Of a DNA stretch of 64,000 nt, positions 52,850 through 64,000 are shown one piece after another. Positions within the stretch are counted from its first letter, which is position 1; each line of letters opens with the position of its first letter. The position numbers were made by a program, and so were the translations under genes. The stretch spans positions 105,524,001 through 105,588,000 of the forward strand of contig OZ024743.1 in the NCBI GenBank assembly GCA_964016885.1, written 5' to 3'. The notes beneath the pieces were generated by a model. It saw only the letters and a list, made by a program, of their open reading frames with translations, did no database searches and had not been told where the DNA came from. This stretch comes from Eledone cirrhosa. Lineage: Eukaryota.

Positions 52850-53558
52850 TATGTGTGTGTATTTATATATTCCTATGGCTGGACATACTATTGCTATTGA
52901 AAAGCGTTTATCACATGCCATTGACATATATCGCCATAGTACATTATAGAACAGTTTTCAAGTAGACCACTCAGAAGTGTACGCCATTAAATTGTCTGCA
53001 GTTTCCCATTTATTCAGACAGATAAACCAGAACGTTAAACTAAATGAGACTGCTCACAGCTTATTCGCCCTCTCTATACAGTAAGATGGAGGTTAATGGT
53101 ATACTTTGGTGTGAATATCAATGAAAGATAAACATTAACGCTGAGTTAATCCAATTCTGATGTATTCGCAGCAAACCTTTCATTACTAAACAGGAGCAAG
53201 CAGTAGAGAATAATGTATCAGCTACTAGGTTATTTCGTTTTGTTTTCGCCAAGATTAGCGAAGTTATCTCCCGTGTCATCTTCCATGAAGCTATCTGTGA
53301 AATGAGCTTCTCGAAATGCCCCGGCTTCTTACCTTAGGTAGTATTTTATTTCCTTCTATATACTATTATAATATTTATTCATTTAATTACAATTTCTACG
53401 AAAACAGGATTGCCATCATCTAAGTTGACACTACTAGCCGAGATTGTGTAAAATTTAAACGATAATATACTTGCGAACATACATAATCGCACACGCGTAT
53501 TCACACTAATTTCACTTATGTTGACATACACAGACAGTTACATACACACGCACACACA

Positions 53559-53710
<152 letters not shown>

Positions 53711-53744
53711 ATATATATGTGTATATATATATATATATATATAC

Positions 53745-53828
53745 AGAGTTAGGGGAGAAAACTCTAAAACTCAGTTCGCTAGTTTGTTTTGACTGTTTCA
53801 GCTTGGCATCTGAAAAGATAGCATTAAC

Positions 53829-53870
<42 letters not shown>

Positions 53871-54302
53871 TCATTTTTTAAAAAGCCGATTGTATGCTAT
53901 AGAAAATACGAAGGGCAAATGAGGACAAGTGAAACAAAAGAAAGTAATGTTTTACCCAGTGTATTTTAGATGATATTTCAGAGCTATTACCCTCTTTTTA
54001 GAGACGAATAGAACCAGATATAAACAATTGGTCAGAAACGCCCAAGACGGAAGGGTTACTATAGTAACCTCACTAATGTACATACATTTTTCAAACACAG
54101 AGTTAGGGGAGAAAACTCCAAAACTCAGTTCGCTAGTTTGTTTTGACTGTTTCAGCTTGGGATCTGAGAAGATAGCATTAACTCTAAAATGTCATTCTAC
54201 ACTGGGTAAACATTAATTTGTTATGTTTTTTTGTCATTTGTCATGATCTGCTCTTCGCAATTTTTACTGTATTGTACCGGCTTTTAATAATAATTAACTG
54301 TC
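53745..54302. repeat. Direct duplication (53745-53829 vs 54099-54183) plus a diverged inverted repeat (about 53865-53965 vs 54197-54300) in (TA)n
   Basis: Direct reading. Probably old PLE end fragments (inference). Confidence 0.6.
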
Positions 54303-54941
54303 TTTTACTATATACATATAGTTTAAGGATAGATGGTAAAACCATCACCACTCCTTTCACGGGATCGATTGGAGACGGAGCACAGCACTATATAAGCTTA
54401 TATTGAAACTGAAGCAGGTTCGAATACAATACTCTCTGACTTGCTTTACGCTCGTAACATCCTCACCGTATGCACATGCCTCTTTTGCGCGCGGAACCAC
54501 CGAAACTGTACAAGTTATTAATAGTAGATCCTTGGTAATAAACAAACGCTCAGAACTCTTTAATATGTGTAGGCATAAAATATTTAAAACTGTCATGAGA
54601 TTATATAGCATATTCCTTAGACATTAACTTACTCCCCACAGTCTACCATAATTATTTAGCCTAGAAAACTTCCGGAGCATCATTGTGTAGTTATACGTGC
54701 CTCTCTCACTTGTCTTGCCCTTCAACTTATATTAGACAGATATACTACCCTTCTCACAATACATCAACTAATCAAACTTTTACGTATCGATTCGTTAGTC
54801 GTCTGAATCAGTACATACGAAAATGTATACACTCACTCTCTGTGGTGGATATCGGAACAAGAGGATACCTAAAACCAATTCATATACAATATAACAAGGC
54901 AATGTGCACCCTTCCGGCACTAGTATGCTTGTATCATCTAT

Positions 54942-55131
54942 GCGGTGGATTGGCAGTATCGGTAGAGGGTCGGACACCATGCTTTGACGCATAGAGATAG
55001 GGCCCTTGCCATTCTGAGTTCAAATCCCGCCAATGTTAACTTTGCCTATTATCCTTACGGGGTCGATAAAATAAAGTACCTGTAATGCACTGAATAATTG
55101 CTGGCCTTGTGCCAAAAGTAAAAACAATTAT
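54942..55131 (+). mobile_element. Full-length tRNA-derived SINE
   Basis: gcggtggattggcagtatcggtagaggg...gagttcaaatcccgcc...ggccttgtgcc, with flanking atctatgc duplicated. Confidence 0.9.
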
Positions 55132-55290
55132 CTATGCAACAATGAGCTTTACAAATCTCTACTACATTATTTGATATAACCGTGACATATGAATGTCACG
55201 GATTATTATGCAATCACGTTGATGTCTTTGGAATACGTATAACAGGATTATATAATAAACAGGGGATACATACACACACACGCACATATA

Positions 55291-55322
<32 letters not shown>

Positions 55323-55385
55323 CAGACACACGCACATACATACACAGACCCACACATATACACACACACACAGACACACACACAC

Positions 55386-55481
<96 letters not shown>

Positions 55482-55789
55482 TACTCTATAGGGCGCGTGT
55501 TCTCACGGAATAGCTGCGGTCAGACCAAGGACGAGGCTGTTCTTTTATACTAGAGTAGTGGGGGTGGTGATATGTCAATGCGAACGCATCTTCGCTGTCA
55601 ATTTCTTATATTCGGTCTTTGATACTGGCAGTCAGGGTGTTGGTATTGGTATACTGCCCGCTTGTCTCTCGGTTCGTGGGTTGTGGACACGATATACACA
55701 CAATAACAATCTCTCGATTGCTTCTGTGTGTTTATCTTGCTGTTGTTTCATTTGTTTACAGAGTAGTTCAGTTGTACGTCCACGGTAAA

Positions 55790-56070
55790 TAACAGAGGCC
55801 ACATGTTGTCCCTCTCCGACTAAAAGCTTTTTCCCCTCGGAAAAACCCCAGTTGATGTATGCGAAATCCGAAATATAGGGACAATTAAATTACTTCCAAG
55901 GTAACTATCTCACGTCTGACTTTGCCTTTCATCCTTACGGGGTCGATAAAATAAAGTACCAGTAATGCACTGGGTATTTGCTGGCCTTGTGCCTAAAGTA
56001 GAAACAATTATGTTTACACTTCCTCTACGTTCCCCTGCACCATCTACGTCTCATTCTACATTTCCTCTTA

Positions 56071-56107
<37 letters not shown>

Positions 56108-56120
56108 CTCTCTCTCTCTC

Positions 56121-56167
<47 letters not shown>

Positions 56168-56228
56168 GCCGATTCTGTTACTCGGAGATTTACTCGTCTG
56201 CATTGTTGAGGCTTCCAAAACGACCAAT
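55790..56228 (+). mobile_element. Old diverged pseudo-LTR of the Naiad-like family, interrupted by a partial SINE (55917-56011)
   Basis: Aligns with 5460-5740 (ctctccgac, ccccagttgatg.atg.gaaatccgaaatatagggacaattaaat, gcattgttgaggcttccaaaacgacc). Confidence 0.75.
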
Positions 56229-56647
56229 TATATGTGTGTGTGTGTGTGTTGCTATTACTTTTATACGCATGCTGGTCCTATGCTCAAAAAATTATATTAT
56301 CAAGCAGAGTTAGTATCGGTTGCATTTAAAATATGCAATATTGAAATGTGTGTATTATAATCTATACATCTTCCATATATAGTAGGTTATTTCCATCCAT
56401 CTCCATAAATATTGCGAGAATAACAAAAATATTGCATATCAGTGATTCGCGCCTATTATTACATGTAACCAATTATTACATGTTCCGTAGTGTTACATTC
56501 GGTTACAACATCAGTCGAACAGTTTAAAACCTTATTGTCTACGTCTGCAAAAATACATGTTTCTATGTTATTTGTATCAGACCTAAGACTATTATACGTG
56601 TATATGTTAATTTTTAAAGTGTTGTCGATGTCCTCTTGTCATTGCTG

Positions 56648-56723
<76 letters not shown>

Positions 56724-56729
<6 letters not shown>

Positions 56730-56979
56730 GATATTAACAAATGGAAACTATATTTATAAAACCATATTTATTTCATTATACATATTTCAAAGATACCAAG
56801 TTAAATTATGGTATGCCTTCATCAGACAAAATAGAATACATACCAGTTTTATAAAACTTGTATATATTCTATTTTGTCTGATGAAGGCATACCATAATTT
56901 AACTTGGTATCCTTGAAATATGTATAATGAAATAAATATGGTTTTATAAATATAGTTTCCATTTGTTAATATCGTATAT
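56724..56979. repeat. Near-perfect 256-bp palindrome carrying a hammerhead on each strand
   Basis: Centre at 56851/56852. The arms are reverse-complementary with few mismatches, and the element abuts (TA)n. Confidence 0.92.
56870..56934 (+). ncRNA. Minimal hammerhead ribozyme (mirror copy at 56769-56833 on the minus strand)
   Basis: TATTTTGT-CTGATGA-AGGcATACCA(taatttaact)TGGTATCCTt-GAAA-TATGTA-TA-ATGAAATA. Helix I is 8 bp with two G-U pairs. Confidence 0.7.
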
Positions 56980-57433
56980 CTACTCCAAATACTTGTCGAG
57001 TGCTTTATATCAGTTATAAAAATATTTGCTTGTTGTATCCCAACAATTTAAATAGAAATTTTGCATATATATATATATATATATATATATGAATATTAAA
57101 ATAACTGCGATAGGTTCTCAGCGTTTATATTTGAAAAGCGCAAGGACCCTTGATATCGACAACCGATGAAAAGGATCTAAATGTTCATGCTTCTGTTAGT
57201 TAGTTTCATTATACATTGAGTTTATTTTTCTTTATCCCATGTGAATGTTTCTAAAGTATCTTCATCAGGTGTATAGTTAATTTAACCTGTGTCATTGAGC
57301 ATTAATAAACTTTGAACAAAGAAACAGTTTGGTCAATATAAGTATTTATGCATGGTTATATTTATATATACGTATATAAGAATGTATAGAATCTCATGTT
57401 ATCTCTCTGTTTCTCTCTCTCTAACTTTCTTAA

Positions 57434-57509
<76 letters not shown>

Positions 57510-57514
<5 letters not shown>

Positions 57515-57707
57515 AACGAGTAGGACCCCGACGGCTGAGATCAAGCCGTTTCGACGGCTAATTTTGGGCTAGTCCACAATTAGCCGTCAAAACGGGTTGA
57601 GCTCAGCCGTCGGGGTCCTACTCGTTCCTATTACCCACTCTAATACCCTAAGTATTGAGTACTTTGGTGCGTTATGGTCCATCTGGTTCCTTACCACATT
57701 TCCTTCG

Positions 57708-57709
<2 letters not shown>
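57510..57709. mobile_element. Fold-back PLE-like 3'-end insertion in (TA)n
   Basis: Palindrome 57510-57631 is centred on the hairpin gacggctaatt..aattagccgtc. The tail matches 46754-46834. Confidence 0.75.
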
Positions 57710-57787
<78 letters not shown>

Positions 57788-58338
57788 AAATATGGAGAAA
57801 AATACTGCAGGTAGCGCATGAATAACATGTAATAAAATGAGTCCCTCATCAGTGATATATATATAAGAAAGTAAGTCTATAGAATCATTTGATAAAATAT
57901 ATACATTATTTTCTCTACCAATCAGCATAATCAACTACATAAAAAATCAATTAAACGAGGCTATAAGTTTAAAATGTACCTATGAAGAAACAATAGATAA
58001 ATAAATGATAGCTATTTTATCCGCGATGCACAGCCACAGGAGATTTACCTAGTATTTCTAATAGCCCGTAGAAATTGACTAGACATATATTTAACCATAC
58101 ACAATTAGGTACAAAATCAAAGTTAGAAGAAAAAATGTACATTAACATACCAAAATTATGTTTCTACCCCCGGAGGTTTCATTCGCCTTTTGGAAATATC
58201 CGATCATGGATAAATCAACGAGTTTTGAAATCATCAGGAAACAAACTCAGTTGGACAAAGATTTTTCTTAAATGATCCCCACCAGAACATATATATATAT
58301 ATCTATGGCTCTGTCTAGTTTATGTATACGAAAACCTC

Positions 58339-58390
<52 letters not shown>

Positions 58391-58838
58391 AGAGAAAGAT
58401 CGAGAGAGATTGTTACAGATATGTAGATATATAGAAAGATAGTGATCGGGAGAAAATGAGACAGAGAGATAGATATTAAGCGGGTGAAAAGGCGGGATAA
58501 CGAAAAGTAGAAATATTCAAGGAGATGTGTAGATAGCAAAATAGTGATGATGTGACATGATGTAAAATTTAGAAAATAAGCGGTGAAAACCTCATCGAGT
58601 AAGGTTACGTAATATTAAGAAAAGATATGCTGAAAGCTGAGCTCTGGGCGGGTGTTAGAGAAAATAATGAAAAAAAAAAATAAAGTAAAAGCGGAAGCAA
58701 AAAACAGAACAACAAAAATGGAATAGACACTTAATGTTTAAAAACACACACAACCTGAACAATACATTTTAGTTTTAAAAGCTATGAAATGATTTAGAAA
58801 ACCGTTTACGGTGAAATACATTTCAATAAGTGTGAAGT

Positions 58839-58942
<104 letters not shown>

Positions 58943-58967
58943 GTAAATATATATATATATATATACT

Positions 58968-59001
<34 letters not shown>

Positions 59002-59076
59002 TATACATATATATATGTATGTTTATATATATATACATACATATATTATATATATATATATATGTATATATATATT

Positions 59077-59138
<62 letters not shown>

Positions 59139-59553
59139 CATATAAATATATGTGTATGGATGTATGTATATGTATATATAATATATTAGAATATATATAT
59201 GTATAGCTTATATATATATTTTTATAATCTTTCTCTTTTGAAACCATTTCGTTTCGTATTTCAGTAATTCGTTTTTTCTCTGTTCCTTTACCGCGCTCTT
59301 CCACGTGTCACATTATGTCCCTCACCCCGCATTTCTCCTACTTCTTCTAATCATCTCGCACTTCTCATCATCGTCTTGTTAACGTTCTGCAATGTATGGA
59401 TAATTCCTCCTCCCTTAAACATACTTTCAAGGCCTTTATTTTACTTCGTTTCATAGGTGTTTTCATGATCATCACCCACCGTCAACCCCACAATTTTCTA
59501 CAATACCACTACTACACTAGCACTCCCTCAGCCCCCACCACTACTACTATAAT

Positions 59554-59697
59554 TTCTTCTTCTTCTTCTTCTTCTTCTTCTTCTTCTTCTTCTTCTTCTT
59601 CTTCTTCTTCTTCTTCTTCTTCTTCTTCTTCTTCTTCTTCTTCTTCTTCTTCTTCTTCTTCTTCTTCTTCTTCTTCTTCTTCTTCTTCTTCTTCTTC
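59554..59697. repeat. Perfect (TTC)n microsatellite
   Basis: Direct reading. It explains the poly-Ser ORF 59396-59815. Confidence 0.97.
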
Positions 59698-59867
59698 TCT
59701 AACTCCAATATTTTTGACATGTCTTTATTTCCTATTTTTTTTTATCTCTACATTTCATTATTCTCATTCAAAAATGTGCTCTGTGTTTTTTTTTTTTGTG
59801 TGTCTTAAAGTGTAATATTTACATTATTTCTATCGCTGATCTGCTTCCTGTATATATATTCCTTTAC

Positions 59868-60001
<134 letters not shown>

Positions 60002-60712
60002 TACACACACATACAAAACCTCATACGGACCCACACATAAATATGCTAACTCACATATACATATATACAAAAGATGTATTTATATATAACAAAAGCACAC
60101 AGAAAATATGTTTTTAAATGTATGTTTTCCTTTCTTCTTTGGTTCTGTGTATTTTCATTTCCATGTGAAGAACCCTTCAGAACCATCAACTGACAGGTTT
60201 TCAAATCTGTTTTTACATTATAGAACAAAATGACACTTGAGCCCACATAAGACTGAAATTACAGGCACTCCCCCCCGAAAACCATAGTTCATTTCAGCGT
60301 TAAAACCCCGAATGGAATATTAATAAATCTTGACAAGGCATTTTAGTAAAGTGAATATCGTGTATTAAAAAAAAAGAGAAAAATATCAACAACAAAACCA
60401 ACAATATTAACAATAACAGAAATATGCATTATATTTTGTGAATTTGCACAGGCCTTTATTTGTGAAAAATTCATGTTAGCACACTCAAAGACAAAACTGC
60501 ATCTGTCATTTCAGTCCTTGAAATATTTACCTCTAACCTATACATATTTAAATGCAAACATAAATCCATACATATATACAAACATACATACATACATATA
60601 TACATATATGCATACTTACATACACACAATGGTTTACACACAGTCATTACATGTATACGCGTTATGGTGTACAGACACATACATAAACACATACATACAC
60701 ACATACACACAC

Positions 60713-60753
<41 letters not shown>

Positions 60754-60764
60754 TATATATATAC

Positions 60765-60901
<137 letters not shown>

Positions 60902-62575
60902 CATACATATATATCCGATAATGTGTTTGCATATTAAGAATAATTAAGTGCTAATATGTCACTTGTTTATAATTTCCAAAACGGCAAAAATAAAAACCCC
61001 AAAATGTATACAAGAAGGAATATAAAGTATAATACAGCCACTCCCTATTTATGTTATTCTAACTCTTTATTTTCTTGATTAAAATGCTGTTTGACAAATA
61101 GCTGGTTAGAAATAAAATTGATTTATTTGAAGGAATTCTGTGTTTTTATAAGGAATTGAATATTGTTCACCCAAGACGAATATTTTACAATGTATTTTAT
61201 TTCATTTAGATATAGCCATGAAAAGTTAAATAATATATTTATTTTGACTTCTGGAGTGAAACATAGATTAAGACGTAGCCGACGGCAAAAAGTTTCGGTG
61301 ACGTAATTTTAACGTCAGTTCAACACTTATTAAAATCATGAAGCTAATGCTACTTCAACTCAAAAACAAATATAGAAATAAATGAATACACAAATTAATA
61401 TCAAAATGGGAATGACCATTTCTCTAAAATATAGAGTTTTTTTTCTCTTTCATATACACACACGCACATGAAACAAACACACATCACACACACACATAAA
61501 TCAGACACGCATACAAACACTTACTTACTTAACTACATGATTGGATATGCACACACTTAAATACAAAGAAATGTATGCACACATAGACACACACACACAC
61601 ACACCACACAGATATCTCTATCTCTCGCTCTCTCTCTCTGTATATATATATATATATATCTATATATATAGCGTATATAATTTTATATTTACCGAATTGT
61701 TTTATATCTTCTTGGGCTGAATGTGCGAGTTCGATCCGACTAGTTATTAGCTTTCTTCTCTCCTTTTCTCGTTGCTCATAACTTGCCAACCTACAGCCAG
61801 TTTTCACGCCAAATTCCTCTCCAGGACGTGTGTTCTCTTGTATGTTCTATGTGCACCTATAGATCATGCATCAGTAGGTTTATCTAAACATTTCGTTTTT
61901 TACTGTATCTGAGCGACTGCATTTGCTTTGAAGACATGTCTTCTTCCTTGATAACCATGAAGCTATCAACTAATATATAATAAACATTAACCCGTTATTC
62001 AGTGTTACAGAAGGAGTTGAAAATAAATATTTTGAAATTAAGCAGTATTGTCTCTATTTTTCTTCCTTCGATCCCGAAAAGAAATGTTGAAACAACGGAG
62101 GAAAATGCGAGAGAAATTAAATTTCAAATGACTGAGCATTGCTCAAACAAATTCACCGATAAATACATTCTGAGGGAATTTTACCGTGGCGCAATGTGTG
62201 ACAAAGCTGGCCCGTTGAGATACATATGCAGTTCATTTGTACCAGCCGAACGAACTGGAACTTTGTGAAATAAAGTCTTTAACACAATGAAACTTCACTC
62301 CACAAGTAAATCGAACGTATGCATTTACGATCACGAGTTGAACACCCTAACCAAACTTCCACAGGACTACACACGATATTAGGACGACTGAGATGAAATA
62401 TGCACTCATTCACTATGCTTACTGAAATAACTGGTGAGGTCTTCATACCTAAACAAATATCATATCTTCTAATCCAGCTTTGTTTCACGAAAAGAATTAT
62501 CTTGTTGAAGACGGCATGTCAAAAACAACGAACCTATATACGAAGCACAATTATGTCGGTAAAGAAGAGGCTAAA

Positions 62576-63900
62576 TCTATATATATAAAAGCATGTTTTC
62601 GATTCTGTGAATGATACTGAACCACGATTGTTGGATGACTAGAAGTACGCCTACCACAACATCATGGAAAACATTCAAAATGACAAGTGGGGCGGGGGTA
62701 ATTTTCTGCATAAATGCTCCTGCTGGTACAGGTAAGACATTACTCATAAATCTCCTGCTTGCAAAAGTTCACCAAATTTAAATATTGCCCTTGCAACACT
62801 TGTGGTTGCAGGAGGAACTGCACACTCTGGTTTTAAGCCCGTAGACCTCACACGAAATGAACAATCTCTTTTCAACATGAAGAAGAACTCACCCAAGGGT
62901 AAAATTCTGCAAACATGCAAGATAATGGTTTGGAATGAAGCCACCATTTGCCATAAACGAAGAATTGAAGTTTGGATCGGACAACAAAGGATCTGAGAGA
63001 AAATACTTGCAAAATGGGAGGATTGAAAATGATTCAGACAAATTCTGCCATTTATTCCCCGTGGGACCCAAGCTGATCAGATCAATGCCTGCCTGAAAAC
63101 ATCCTATCTCTGGCCCCATTTCAGAGGCTGAGCCTTACCACCAATATGCGTGTGCACGTAACTGTTGACGAAGGTATCAGTTAGTTTTCCATCCAACTAT
63201 TTAAATTTAGAAATCGGCTTCTTGAAAAGGACTCCAACGAGCAGATTCAGTTGTCATTTGGCCATATCCATGGCACAGAACAAGAGCTGATTACCAGAGT
63301 GTTTCTGAACATGCAGATCAGACTTTGTAGTCCCAAATGCCTCTATCAACGAACAATCGTAGCACCGAAAATTGTTTCTCTGAACAAAATCATCAGAAGG
63401 CTGCTAGACATGTTACCGTGAGAGAAAAGATGTTACAAATCAGTTGAGACAATTACTTCCCAAGACTACGTTGTAAACTAACCAACTGAAGTTTTGAACA
63501 GTCTTGAATTAGCAGGGATTTCTCCACATATCCTCATACTGAAGCTTAGAGCATCGTTTGCACTACGTAATCTGGATCTTCCAAACGTTTACAAACGGAT
63601 AAGACTCGTTATCAAAAATAAAAAGGCTCAATGTCCTAGAGGTCGCAATCATGCCAGAGAAATTTGCTGATGATAATTATTTCAATCGCAGAAAACCTCT
63701 GGAGCCACTTAAATTTCAAAGATTTCAATTCCCTATCAGACTCAGTTTTGCAATTATCATCTCAACGGCAATCATTGAAAATCGTTGGGTTGAACCTGGT
63801 CAGCTCTATGATTGTACTTCAAGTGTTGGAAACTCTGATTGTCTCTTCATGGTAGCACCGCAGGACAAAACCGCGAATGTTGTTTATCCAGAGACTTTGG
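62576..63900 (+). mobile_element. Helitron remnant with PIF1-like helicase pseudogene
   Basis: Walker A NAPAGTGKTLLINLLLAKV (62713-62769), GGTAHSGFK, MVWNEATI, FRQILP, INACLKTSYLW, LTTNMRV, YPTEVLNSL, LRNLD, RFQFPIRLSFA and TANVVYPE. Candidate 5' terminus A|TCTATATATATAAAA at 62576. Confidence 0.85.
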
Positions 63901-64000
63901 AATTAGCAATATCGTATTTTCTCCTTCCATTACAATACACACAGATCCTAATTCCTTTGTCATATAGTTTGAAAGGAATTCTGAAGTCGCAAATCTACTG

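Noticed and set aside
54942-55030. tRNA gene
   Set aside because: The A/B boxes belong to a multi-copy SINE head with no cloverleaf.
58020-58055. Possible Helitron 3' end (ccgcg...cacagg...CTAG|T)
   Set aside because: The hairpin is imperfect, no matching 5' end was identified, and it lies upstream of the helicase remnant.
61693-61846. Possible minus-strand host exon (RPGEEFGVKTGCRLASYEQREKERRKLITSRIE... ending at GTAAAT)
   Set aside because: There is no polypyrimidine tract at the acceptor, no recognisable homology and no neighbouring exons. RNA-seq or tBLASTn would be needed.

Overview
This is eukaryotic, AT-rich, intergenic or intronic DNA saturated with microsatellites: (TA)n, (TG)n, (TC)n, (TATG)n and (TTC)n. 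I found no supportable host gene, rRNA, tRNA or CRISPR array, and most ORF-track entries are translated microsatellites. The repeat composition suggests a coleoid cephalopod such as Octopus, but that is inference. The window is a transposon landscape. It holds two large Penelope-like elements (PLEs; RT plus GIY-YIG) with inverted pseudo-LTRs, one Naiad-like (1454-5750) and one Neptune-like (38118-41812), plus a degraded third PLE (about 50640-52120). It also holds a young 5'-truncated RTE LINE with three C-terminal zinc fingers inside a head-to-tail array of RTE-derived elements, a 5'-truncated CR1-group LINE, and fossil RTE, R4-like and APE fragments. There are many copies of a tRNA-derived SINE and a Helitron PIF1-helicase remnant. 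The most striking unannotated signal is RNA-structural. About ten minimal type I hammerhead ribozyme motifs (CUGANGA-helix II-GAAA-palindromic helix III-UH) from several unrelated families occur as short fold-back insertions in or beside (TA)n tracts. One is a near-perfect 256-bp palindrome with a hammerhead on each strand. The RTE-derived non-autonomous family also has an HDV-ribozyme-like 5' segment. All coordinates and folds were read by eye.
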